DNA of 64,000 nucleotides from an uncultured virus (IMG/VR IMGVR_UViG_3300037499_000085) (IMGVR_UViG_3300037499_000085); one strand, 5' to 3'; shown: positions 18,591 through 26,907, counted from the stretch's first letter. The notes: generated from the letters alone by a model not told the origin. Numbers and translations: made by a program.

Positions 18591-20667
18591 GGACATGCCC
18601 AGCGCCACCGGGGGACAGCGCAGGGGAGGGACACGCCGCGTCAACATCAACCGGAGGACAAGTGACACAGGTGACAGGCTCATGCCCTACCTTGTCCCGG
18701 TGGCGCTGTGTCTGTCCGCCATGCCGGTGTCCTTGATCGGACACTGGCAGTGGGGTGACGACCCGCTCATGGTCGCCCTCATGTCCCTCGCGTCCGCCGG
18801 TCTGTCTCTGTTCACCTACTCGACGTGGGGAACACGGCGCCGGACAACGAGGACAACGGCCGCCGTGTTCGTCCTCGCCGTGTCCCTGTGGATGACGTTC
18901 GCCGTGGCGACGGATCCGTTGTCCCCCGCGATGCTGAACGCGTGGATATACGGCACCGTTGTCCTGTCCGCCGCGTGGGGCATCCGTCACGCGTCCATGT
19001 CCCGTCACCACGAGGAGGACATCGCGGACGGACCGAAGGACACGTTCCTTGACCGGCTCGGGGGGCTGTTCGAGTCCCTGTCCGCCAAGGAGATCAAGAG
19101 CCACGGGAACCGGATCACCGCCGAGTACGCCATACCTCCGGGTTCCGCCACGGTGGGCGACGTCCAGGCGGAGCTGAAGCGCGTGGCCGGTGCTCTCGAA
19201 GTGCCGGTGTCCGCCGTGACGATCACGGAGTCCAAGCCCAACCACGTGATTTTCTCGGTCCAGCCGGGCGACCCGCTCGGTTCCGGCCCGGTCATGTGGC
19301 GCGGCCCGTCTCTGCCCGGCCGGTCCGTGGCCGATGGACCGCTCAGGTTCGGGTGGCGCATGAATGACACCCCGGTCGGCTTGTGGGTGTGCGGAGACGA
19401 ACGGCTCGACCGCCAGCTCTCTCACATGCTCGACGTCGGCATGACCGGTTCCGGGAAGTCCGAGACCCTGTCGACGATCATCATCGAGGGCCGGTCGCGT
19501 GTCGACTTCGTGCCCGTGGTGGCCGACCCCAGGAAGTTCGACCAGGCGTACGGTGACATCGCCGACACCCTCGCCCTGTCAGCGGCTGACGAGGAGCAGA
19601 CACTACGCCTGATCAGCAATTTCCCCGCTGTCGCCGCGTACCGGGCCAAGCTGCTCGGATCACTGACAAGGGCTGACGGGGGCCGTGGTTACAAGCAGTG
19701 GGTCCCCGAGTGCTGGACCCTGCACAAGATCCCGCTCGTTTTCATGGTGATCGACGAGGCCGCTTCGGTGATCTCCCGGAACGACGAGTTCAACGACGGC
19801 GTACGGCTCTTCAGGTCCCTGGGGATCTTCATGGTGGCCGGTCTTCAGACCGCCATCGGCTCGGACATCGACCGCAAGATCAGGGACCAGTTCGGCCAGG
19901 CACTCGCGCACGGTTGCAAGTCCCCGCTCGACGCCGGGTTCGTCCTCACGGACGGCACCCTCGCCGCCGGGGCCGACCCCACAAAGTGGCAGGCCAACAA
20001 AGCGGGCGCGTTGTTCGCCGAGCTGACCGGCACCCCCAAGGACCAGTGGCACCTGGAATGCCGGGCCTTCCTCACGGACCACCCGGACGACCGCACCGTG
20101 AAGCGCCGCGCGCTCGAAGCATCCCGCCCCACCTGGGCCGTGCTCGACGAGGGCACCGCCTTCCACCTCGGACGGGGCCTGACCATGCCGGACAGTGCGC
20201 TTCCGATCAAGGGCGCCTTCACCCCGGTCACCATGCCCGAGACAACCGCACCGGTCGAGCCCGAGACCCGCACCAGGAGCGAACACGCCCCGCCCATGGA
20301 CGAGGAGTATGAGCACGTGGACATCACACAGAAGATCCCCCGGAACCCCGCGCTGGTCAGCGAGGCGTTCGAATCCGACCGACCGGCCGAGCCGTGGCCC
20401 CAGGCTGAAGCGCAGGAAGCCTTTGATCTACGGCTGGAAACCCTCGTGGCCGACGATTACGACACGGTCCGGCTGGTCGACTTCAGCGACGTTATCGCCG
20501 AGGTGGGCCGTTCCCGTGCATGGGGATACGACCAGCTCACCCGGCTCGAACGACAGGGAGTGATCAAGTCGGACCCTACCGGAAGCCGCGCCTACCGGGT
20601 TGTCACCGATCGTCATCCCCGTGTCACCAGCCTGAGTCACGGGATAAACGGGGCGGAAGTGATCTAG
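18580..20667 (+). CDS. traB: TraB, FtsK/SpoIIIE-family conjugative DNA translocase
   Basis: four N-terminal TM helices, Walker A GMTGSGKS, Walker B MVIDEAA, IRDQF, C-terminal wHTH (GRSRAWGYDQLTRLERQG). Confidence 0.85.
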   Translation: MTSEDMPSATGGQRRGGTRRVNINRRTSDTGDRLMPYLVPVALCLSAMPVSLIGHWQWGDDPLMVALMSLASAGLSLFTYSTWGTRRRTTRTTAAVFVLAVSLWMTFAVATDPLSPAMLNAWIYGTVVLSAAWGIRHASMSRHHEEDIADGPKDTFLDRLGGLFESLSAKEIKSHGNRITAEYAIPPGSATVGDVQAELKRVAGALEVPVSAVTITESKPNHVIFSVQPGDPLGSGPVMWRGPSLPGRSVADGPLRFGWRMNDTPVGLWVCGDERLDRQLSHMLDVGMTGSGKSETLSTIIIEGRSRVDFVPVVADPRKFDQAYGDIADTLALSAADEEQTLRLISNFPAVAAYRAKLLGSLTRADGGRGYKQWVPECWTLHKIPLVFMVIDEAASVISRNDEFNDGVRLFRSLGIFMVAGLQTAIGSDIDRKIRDQFGQALAHGCKSPLDAGFVLTDGTLAAGADPTKWQANKAGALFAELTGTPKDQWHLECRAFLTDHPDDRTVKRRALEASRPTWAVLDEGTAFHLGRGLTMPDSALPIKGAFTPVTMPETTAPVEPETRTRSEHAPPMDEEYEHVDITQKIPRNPALVSEAFESDRPAEPWPQAEAQEAFDLRLETLVADDYDTVRLVDFSDVIAEVGRSRAWGYDQLTRLERQGVIKSDPTGSRAYRVVTDRHPRVTSLSHGINGAEVI

Positions 20668-20780
20668 GGGGGCGTGTCAGTGGGTGTTTGTCAGCCCTTG
20701 TCACACCCGCCGACACGGCCTCCCACCTGTATATCCGCGTTCTGATATCCACGGCTGACACCGTCCGGCCGTGTCACACC
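20600..20780. repeat. putative clt (cis-acting locus of transfer) repeats
   Basis: KTGTCAS at 20600, 20621, 20674, 20688, 20698, 20771 plus an inverted copy at 20755. Confidence 0.5.
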
Positions 20781-20799
20781 ACCAACGGAGGAGATCCAC

Positions 20800-21051
20800 A
20801 TGAAGACTGCACGGCTCGACAAGATCGTGAAAGAGGTCATCTGGTGGACCCATGCTCTCGTCGCCCTGCCCTTGATCTACTTGGGCGCTGGACTCGTCCC
20901 GGGTGACCGGGTCAACCTGAACGTGATCGGATCACTGATCATTATGGCGGTGTTCGTCGCCCTTGATCTGGCGATCACCGTTCCGTGCTCAGCATGGCGC
21001 CGGAAGATCACGCGTCCCGTTCTCGCGCCGGTCCACCGGAGCGAGTGGTGA
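20800..21051 (+). CDS. small membrane protein (spread-like)
   Basis: two TM segments, RBS GGAGGAG. Confidence 0.65.
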   Translation: MKTARLDKIVKEVIWWTHALVALPLIYLGAGLVPGDRVNLNVIGSLIIMAVFVALDLAITVPCSAWRRKITRPVLAPVHRSEW

Positions 21052-21152
21052 GGCGTCGGGCGTACAACCGGGTCAAGCTCATCGTGATCGTCCTCAGCTT
21101 CCTGGCCGCCGTTCTGATCGCGGACGCCATGGAACTGACCAACCACCCGTAG
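21048..21152 (+). CDS. small membrane peptide
   Basis: GTGA coupling; VKLIVIVLSFLAAVLIA. Confidence 0.5.
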   Translation: MRRRAYNRVKLIVIVLSFLAAVLIADAMELTNHP

Positions 21153-21160
21153 GGGACACC

Positions 21161-21568
21161 GTGAACGACCGTAAGAAGGAGCTGAACGTCCGTAAGGCGG
21201 ACGAGATCAGCTACCGGCCCAGCGGGCTTCCCGCAGTGCCGGAAGAGACGTACGTGGACCAGCAGGGCCGGGTGATCGAAGTCCGGCACGTGCAGAGCCC
21301 GCCGGAGTACCGGGGGGATGATCTTCTCCGGCGGTTCGTACCGTATTTCGTACTGGCGACCATGAGTATGATCCTTCTCGGCGCACTGCTCGCGCTGCTC
21401 GGTATGATCATTCCCCCGCTGCTCGCACTGGTGATCACTCTCGTAGGCTCGCTGGTGTCGATCATCCTCAGCCTGGTCGTAACGATCATTGCGGGGGTGG
21501 TCGCTGCCGTCGGCATCGGGTACCTCCAGACGATCAATGCGCGGGCCGATTGGGAAAATGATCACTGA
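21161..21568 (+). CDS. SpdC/SpdD-like membrane spread protein
   Basis: hydrophilic Pro-containing N-terminus followed by a long hydrophobic C-terminal tract. Confidence 0.6.
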   Translation: MNDRKKELNVRKADEISYRPSGLPAVPEETYVDQQGRVIEVRHVQSPPEYRGDDLLRRFVPYFVLATMSMILLGALLALLGMIIPPLLALVITLVGSLVSIILSLVVTIIAGVVAAVGIGYLQTINARADWENDH

Positions 21569-21587
21569 GTACAGGAGTTGATCAAGA

Positions 21588-21710
21588 ATGACCGGACGGC
21601 ACCGGCGCCGGTCCAGCAAGATCATAGCCACCGTGAAAGGGATGATCCTTTTCACGGTGGCTCTGTTTCTGATCTTGGGAGCGCTTTGGATCTTCCTGGC
21701 GAGCAAATGA
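21588..21710 (+). CDS. small membrane peptide
   Basis: RBS AGGAG; MTGRHRRR followed by one TM helix. Confidence 0.5.
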   Translation: MTGRHRRRSSKIIATVKGMILFTVALFLILGALWIFLASK

Positions 21711-21738
21711 TCTACATGGATATGCGGTGATCAAGGAA

Positions 21739-21870
21739 TGCCCATAATGCCCGATTCGCTCCAACCAATGTTCGTGATCACGCCCCTGACCTGCACAAAT
21801 CCCTAACCCAAAGGTCCTGGTACGCGGGCCCCAGGGAGGGGGTTGAGGCCGCCAGACGGACGCACAGGAC
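21739..21870 (-). repeat. dispersed intergenic element, copy B
   Basis: reverse complement matches copy C: TTGGGTTAGGGATTTGTGCAGG...CGTGATCACGAACATTGGTYGGAGCGAA. Confidence 0.85.
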
Positions 21871-21925
21871 GTTCATGTAGCACCGTTTGTATCATGATTT
21901 TATGCATCGTCATGCATGACCACCC

Positions 21926-21957
21926 GAGCCGCCGGTGATCTTCCCGGCGGCTTTTGA
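21926..21957 (+). terminator. intrinsic terminator
   Basis: GAGCCGCCGG-N8-CCGGCGGCTT followed by TTGATCTT. Confidence 0.6.
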
Positions 21958-22079
21958 TCTTCCCTTACGCGCGCGCGTAGACACGCGTGCCTGCCCGCTC
22001 CTCAAGATCCAGCAAACTTTTTAAAGAATCTTGCTCTACCCCATTGCGTACCCCCGAACGGGGGAGCTTAATGGAGTCA

Positions 22080-22625
22080 GTACAACAGCACGGCGCAGGG
22101 AGGGTCCAACCCCCTCCAACCGATCAAGAGTCACCCCGGGTACCTACGGAGACCGGCAAAGGCTCAAGATCACAAGGACCGCCCCGACGGGGGCGGGCGC
22201 CACTCCCCTCCAGGGCCGCGAGGTACAGGGGGGCGGGGACCGGATCTCCGCAAGCAGCATTGCAGCCGGGCCCGGAGTGATCACCGGGTACACAAACTGA
22301 CGATCAAGAGAAGCCTAGCCGCTGGACGAAGGGGCGGGGCCACAAGATCGCCGAGGACATACGGCACTGACGATCTTGAGGAACCAATCCGGACGTACTG
22401 GAATCCGCGAAGCAACTCGGGTTAATCACCCGGCCAGTAGGCCGCCGATGAAGATCCCCGCCAATCCTCGCGGGTCATACAGCACCGGGCAACCGGATGC
22501 ATACGAGGATCACACGCTTCGCAGGGTCTGCGGTCAAACACCCTGCTACGGCATTGAGGCGGTAGACGCGGCCGGTAGCCGCGACCGAGAGGCGCCCAGC
22601 GGGTTCAACCCCCGCCCCTGCCACT
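22080..22625 (+). ncRNA. candidate large structured ncRNA with a tRNA-like 3' end
   Basis: no convincing ORF; many short hairpins; ends in GCGGG TTCAACC CCCGC CCCTGCCA; boundaries approximate. Confidence 0.45.
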
Positions 22626-22727
22626 GATCACCGCACGCCAGAAACGATGGGTCAAGGGCCTGGGAAACAGCGGCGCACGGCGGTCCCCCTACACCACCCA
22701 CACCCACACCCACACGAGGAGCCGGTC

Positions 22728-22961
22728 ATGAGCGACACCCGAGAGATCACCGGCAAGGGCTTCACCTACGTAGTCACCCGCCGGTTCCTGAACAAGGAGA
22801 CCGGCCGGATGCGCGTCCGGGTCCGGATCTACCAGGGCATGATCGCTTTCGGCACCCCCAAGGTCAACGAATACCGCGACTACGACAACATGCACGACGG
22901 CGACGCGAAGTTCCTCGCACACATCAACAAGATCACCGCGCACGTCAACTCGAAGGGCTGA
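22728..22961 (+). CDS. hypothetical protein
   Basis: RBS GAGGAG. Confidence 0.7.
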   Translation: MSDTREITGKGFTYVVTRRFLNKETGRMRVRVRIYQGMIAFGTPKVNEYRDYDNMHDGDAKFLAHINKITAHVNSKG

Positions 22962-22966
22962 TCATC

Positions 22967-23164
22967 ATGGAGACCAACCAGTACGCGACTGAGTCCAACA
23001 CCTCCGTCTGGTACGAGGTGCAGCGCCAGTCCGGCAGCAACTACGGCTGGATCACTCTCTCCGACCACGACACCCGCGAGCAGGCAGAGAGCGCCATGGA
23101 TGCCCGGACGGGTTCGGTCGCCGACCCCAGCTACCGGATCCGCCGGGTGCGCGGACAGGCATAA
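22967..23164 (+). CDS. hypothetical protein
   Basis: stop codon abuts hammerhead 1. Confidence 0.65.
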   Translation: METNQYATESNTSVWYEVQRQSGSNYGWITLSDHDTREQAESAMDARTGSVADPSYRIRRVRGQA

Positions 23165-23225
23165 GGCGAAACGCCCCTCGGGGCGTCCGCCGGGGGTGCC
23201 TCCCCGGCGCTGATGAGCCAGGCAC
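23165..23225 (+). ncRNA. type II hammerhead ribozyme 1 (predicted cut after C23187)
   Basis: GGC-GAAA-stem III-GTC-stem I-CTGATGA-GCC; loop GTGCCT pairs with 3' AGGCAC. Confidence 0.92.
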
Positions 23226-23244
23226 ACGGACACAGGGAGCGATC

Positions 23245-23439
23245 ATGACCAGCATCAACCAGGGCCCGAACGACGACTACCGCCGCACCGGCCAACCGGT
23301 CACGTACCTCACCGCCGACGGCACCCGGCGGGTGTCCGGCACCGTCCGGTGGGAAGACGCGAACGGCGTCAAGGTGGATGTACCCGGACAGCAGTTCGGA
23401 GCGTACGTGTCCCACGCGTTCGTCACCTTCACACGCTGA
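23245..23439 (+). CDS. hypothetical protein (ribozyme cassette 1)
   Basis: RBS GGAG-CGATC-ATG. Confidence 0.7.
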   Translation: MTSINQGPNDDYRRTGQPVTYLTADGTRRVSGTVRWEDANGVKVDVPGQQFGAYVSHAFVTFTR

Positions 23440-23443
23440 TCAA

Positions 23444-23504
23444 GGCGAAACGCCCCTCGGGGCGTCCGCCGGGGGTGCCTCCCCGGCGCTGATGAGCCAG
23501 GCAA
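23444..23504 (+). ncRNA. type II hammerhead ribozyme 2 (predicted cut after C23466)
   Basis: identical to hammerhead 1 except for the last base. Confidence 0.92.
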
Positions 23505-23523
23505 ACGAACCGAGGAGCCGGTC

Positions 23524-23724
23524 ATGGCACTTACCCCCGGAACACAGATCACCGTCCTGCTGGGGACCGAGCCGGAGCAGTTCACGGTCGAGAGTGTCGA
23601 CAAGGACTGCACGGTGCATGTGCGGTCGAACGCTGCGCCGTACAGCCTGGTCATGTGGCCGACTGACTACCGCCTCGGTGCCACGCTGCACAAGATGGGC
23701 CAACCGGGTACCAAGGGTTGGTAA
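23524..23724 (+). CDS. hypothetical protein (ribozyme cassette 2)
   Basis: RBS GAGGAG. Confidence 0.7.
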   Translation: MALTPGTQITVLLGTEPEQFTVESVDKDCTVHVRSNAAPYSLVMWPTDYRLGATLHKMGQPGTKGW

Positions 23725-23743
23725 CTGATCTCCGTCTGATCAA

Positions 23744-23804
23744 GGCGAAACGCCCCTCGGGGCGTCCGCCGGGGGTGCCTCCCCGGCGCTGATGAGCCAG
23801 GCAC
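23744..23804 (+). ncRNA. type II hammerhead ribozyme 3 (predicted cut after C23766)
   Basis: identical to hammerhead 1. Confidence 0.92.
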
Positions 23805-23817
23805 GGAAGGAAAGATC

Positions 23818-23964
23818 ATGGATGCCGCAACCGAAGCGATCAGTTTCGCCGCCGCCGCGTGGTCGCTCGAACTGATCGACCACTACCCCGGCACCGACGC
23901 CGACCGTGACGACATGATCCGCAATCTGGCCGCGTACGGTCCGGCCATCACCGAGAGGGACTGA
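23818..23964 (+). CDS. 48-aa hypothetical protein (ribozyme cassette 3)
   Basis: RBS AAGGA; MDAATEAISF... Confidence 0.6.
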   Translation: MDAATEAISFAAAAWSLELIDHYPGTDADRDDMIRNLAAYGPAITERD

Positions 23965-23969
23965 TCCAA

Positions 23970-24200
23970 ATGACCATGGACACCACCATCCGTACCGGCG
24001 ACGTTGTCGTGATCTTCTACGACGCCGACTCGCTGCCCGGAACGGTCTGCAAGATCGTAAAGTCCCGCACCGGCAACGTCCGCCGGGTCGGGATCGCTCC
24101 CGACGGCGCGGACATCGTGGCCTGGTTCATCCCGGTGCCCGACATGTTCGACGGGGCCTGTCTGGTCTCGGTGGGGGGTTCCACCGTCGCGTACTGGTAA
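23970..24200 (+). CDS. hypothetical protein (ribozyme cassette 3)
   Basis: RBS GAGGGA; stop 2 nt before hammerhead 4. Confidence 0.65.
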   Translation: MTMDTTIRTGDVVVIFYDADSLPGTVCKIVKSRTGNVRRVGIAPDGADIVAWFIPVPDMFDGACLVSVGGSTVAYW

Positions 24201-24202
24201 GA

Positions 24203-24267
24203 GGCGAAACGCTCCCTCCGGGGAGCGTCCATCGGGCATGGTCCCCCGGTGCTGATGAGCCGGACCA
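24203..24267 (+). ncRNA. type II hammerhead ribozyme 4, divergent (predicted cut after C24229)
   Basis: core intact; stems CGCTCCC/GGGAGCG and CATCGGG/CCCGGTG; loop TGGTCC pairs with 3' GGACCA. Confidence 0.9.
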
Positions 24268-24282
24268 CGAGGAGGAGCGATC

Positions 24283-24480
24283 ATGAGCATTACACTCACC
24301 AAATTCAAGATCCAAGACGTTGTGATCGACAACGACTGGAACGACCCCCCGGATCTCGGAATGATCGTCGACATTCCGAACGACGGTAACGACCGCCGTT
24401 TCGAGATCTTCTGGCAGGACGGAACGCATACGTTCGAGCGCCTGTCTGGTATGGCCGACTTCGGCCACGTGAGTGTGTGA
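24283..24480 (+). CDS. hypothetical acidic protein
   Basis: RBS GGAGGAG. Confidence 0.7.
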   Translation: MSITLTKFKIQDVVIDNDWNDPPDLGMIVDIPNDGNDRRFEIFWQDGTHTFERLSGMADFGHVSV

Positions 24481-24562
24481 TCTCCGCTCGGGTGCGCGTC
24501 TCGTACGTGCACCCCCTGAGGCTGATCATCCATACCTCACTCCGACTACCACAGGAGCGACC

Positions 24563-24763
24563 ATGTTCACGATCGTTTACCGCACGCAGCTCGACAGCAC
24601 CCTGACGCGACTGGAGACCGACAACCTGTACGACGCGATGTTCGTGCTTCAGGACGTTGCGGTCCGCCGGGACGCCGAACTGATCGACTTCAGCCCTGAG
24701 CTGGACGGAGCGCTGGACGGCCTGCTCGACCACGTCCGGCTGTCCGTCGCTCGCGCGCTCTGA
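24563..24763 (+). CDS. hypothetical protein
   Basis: RBS AGGAG. Confidence 0.7.
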   Translation: MFTIVYRTQLDSTLTRLETDNLYDAMFVLQDVAVRRDAELIDFSPELDGALDGLLDHVRLSVARAL

Positions 24764-24804
24764 TCAAGGACAGTAAAGCTGATCTTCGACAAGAGGAGAC
24801 CATC

Positions 24805-25002
24805 ATGAACGTCCTCATCATGCACGTGTTCTACCCCGGCATGACGCAGTCCCGCCCGGTGTCCGTGGGCGACCCGGTGACGGATGCCGGTTACACCGGC
24901 TACGTCTGGACCGTGGACATCAACGACGTGAACGCGGACCCGGTCCGTACGCACTGCTCGCGTCTGTCGGAAGACCCGGTCGGCCAACTGTCCGTCCGTT
25001 GA
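24805..25002 (+). CDS. hypothetical protein
   Basis: RBS GAGGAG. Confidence 0.6.
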   Translation: MNVLIMHVFYPGMTQSRPVSVGDPVTDAGYTGYVWTVDINDVNADPVRTHCSRLSEDPVGQLSVR

Positions 25003-25144
25003 TCAGCAGCTCCGGCCGGTGTCAGAGCCGACCGGAGCACTAGGCGCGGGTCACGGGCCGGTCATCCCCCCGTCACTCCGTTGCCAGCACAACGACCGGC
25101 CGGATCCCCCGGCCGGTCCACCTCGTTCAACCGCAGGAGCGATC

Positions 25145-26338
25145 ATGCAACTCACTCTCCGTAAGGGCACTCTCCAGGATCTGGCCACCGAGCTGGCCGA
25201 GCAGCAAGAGCGCAAGAACGATCTCGTCGTCCCCGCGTCCAAGCTGTGGTCCCACAACGGCAACGTGATCGTTGCCGGTGGCCGCCCCGAGCGGATCGAC
25301 TCCGACGGAGTCACTCCCGCCGGGAACCTCGAACTGACCCCGTCCGGCGTGTTCGACACCGGCATGGTGGCCAAGCTGTCGCAGCCCGGCCGTCCGGTCG
25401 GCCGCGCGTTCATCCGTGGGCTGCGCGAGACCGGCCGTACGGACATCATCGACGGCGTGTACAACGGATTGCTGCACGGTAGTGCCGATCTCGCGGTGCA
25501 GGGCGACGCCCGGAAGTTCTTCGTCCGCACCTTCACGGGTCAGGGCGACGGACCGGGCTACGCCCGCGCACTGCTCAGTGACAGCTACCGGCCGATCGAC
25601 AACTGGGACGTGCTCGCGACCGTGATCGACGGTCTCACGTCCGCCGGATTCTCCGGCCACGTGGTCCGGCAGGCCGATCTGTCGGACGACAAGATGTACC
25701 TCCGCGTGTCGGTGCCGGAGATCACGGCGCTCGCGCCTGGTCTGTTGCACGGCTACACCTCGCCTTACGGCGGAGCGCGCGGTGCGGACAACCCGGTCGT
25801 CGAGGCCGGGATCGTCATCACCAACTCGGAGACCGGGGGCGGTGCCTTCACGATCACTCCCGAGCTGGTCGTCCAGATCTGCTCGAACGGGATGACGATC
25901 AAGCGGGACATGATCCGCAAGACGCATCTCGGGTCCAAGCTCGACGAGGGGCACATGAAGATCAGTCAGCGGACCCTGGCGGCTAACCGTGAGCTGGTCG
26001 CGTCTCAGACCCGCGACGCCATCGAGACGTTCCTGGACGAGGGGTACATGAACCGCGTGCTCCAGCAGATCGAAGCGGGCTCGGACGAGAAGATCGCCGA
26101 CGTCGAGAAGACGATCGAAGTGATCACTCAGCGTCCGGCGTTCGGCAAGGCGGACATGAAGGGCCTTCTCGCCACGTTCATGGACGGAGGCGACCGCACG
26201 CGCGGCGGTCTGGTGCAGGCGGTCACCGCGTACTCGCAACAGATCGACGACGCCGACCGGGCGTACGAGATGGACGCGGATGCGCTTCCGGCCGCCGGGT
26301 TCAGCAACGTGACCGGCCTGGTTCCCGCCGGACGCTGA
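25145..26338 (+). CDS. DUF932-family protein
   Basis: RALLSDSYRPIDN, ITNSETGGG, CSNGM, RKTHLG motifs. Confidence 0.75.
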   Translation: MQLTLRKGTLQDLATELAEQQERKNDLVVPASKLWSHNGNVIVAGGRPERIDSDGVTPAGNLELTPSGVFDTGMVAKLSQPGRPVGRAFIRGLRETGRTDIIDGVYNGLLHGSADLAVQGDARKFFVRTFTGQGDGPGYARALLSDSYRPIDNWDVLATVIDGLTSAGFSGHVVRQADLSDDKMYLRVSVPEITALAPGLLHGYTSPYGGARGADNPVVEAGIVITNSETGGGAFTITPELVVQICSNGMTIKRDMIRKTHLGSKLDEGHMKISQRTLAANRELVASQTRDAIETFLDEGYMNRVLQQIEAGSDEKIADVEKTIEVITQRPAFGKADMKGLLATFMDGGDRTRGGLVQAVTAYSQQIDDADRAYEMDADALPAAGFSNVTGLVPAGR

Positions 26339-26402
26339 ATGATCGGAGGCAGCATGGTGGCCGGTCCCTCCGGGGGCCGGTTGGCCACGGGTTACCGATC
26401 AC
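26337..26402 (+). repeat. 66-nt structured intergenic repeat, copy 1
   Basis: 61/66 identical to 26825-26890; closed by TGATCGG/CCGATCA. Confidence 0.85.
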
Positions 26403-26411
26403 TGAAAGGAA

Positions 26412-26639
26412 ATGACCATGGCAGGTAAGTACTTCGTCGACTGGACGGATCCGCCTTTCCCGGCCATCCGGCCTATCGGTGATGCGTCTTCGTACGCGGA
26501 GCCGATGACTCTGGCGGAAGCCAAGCAGGACATCATCAGCAGCTTCCAGGGGCAGCTCGAACACGCCCGGGACCAGATTCGCCGGACCCGGTCCCTGAAG
26601 GTCGCGGACATCAAGGCGGAAGCCGAAAGGGGCTGGTGA
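26412..26639 (+). CDS. hypothetical protein
   Basis: RBS AAAGGA. Confidence 0.65.
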   Translation: MTMAGKYFVDWTDPPFPAIRPIGDASSYAEPMTLAEAKQDIISSFQGQLEHARDQIRRTRSLKVADIKAEAERGW

Positions 26640-26830
26640 TCATGCGCGTAGGCGACCTGATCCAGATGACGGTTACCCGATGCGATTCGATCATTGAAGT
26701 CACCGCTCGGTTCGGGGGGCAGGAAGGACGCGGCCAGGCCCCGAACACCGGGACCCTCGCGCAGGACGTGGCCGCACTCCGGGCGGTCCGCAATCTGAAG
26801 CGCAAGCTGGACGGCCGACCGGCCGAATGA
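26636..26830 (+). CDS. hypothetical protein
   Basis: GTGA coupling. Confidence 0.55.
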   Translation: MIMRVGDLIQMTVTRCDSIIEVTARFGGQEGRGQAPNTGTLAQDVAALRAVRNLKRKLDGRPAE

Positions 26831-26890
26831 TCGGAGGCAGCATGGTGGCCGGTCCCCTGGGGGGCCGGTCGGCCATGGGTTACCGATCAC
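26825..26890 (+). repeat. 66-nt structured intergenic repeat, copy 2
   Basis: matches 26337-26402. Confidence 0.85.
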
Positions 26891-26907
26891 AGGAGGAGCG
26901 AGAGTAC

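Noticed and set aside
22297..22385. Two CTGACGA motifs as additional hammerheads
   Set aside because: Followed by GAAG or GGAA rather than a properly placed GAAA, with no convincing stems I and III
22550..22623. Functional tRNA-Thr(GGT)
   Set aside because: No properly positioned 5' acceptor strand and C at the U33 position; kept only as part of the ncRNA candidate
23165..24267. CRISPR array reading of the repeated ~61-nt units
   Set aside because: Intervening segments are about 220-400 nt and contain RBS-led ORFs, the repeats carry a full hammerhead core, and no cas operon is present
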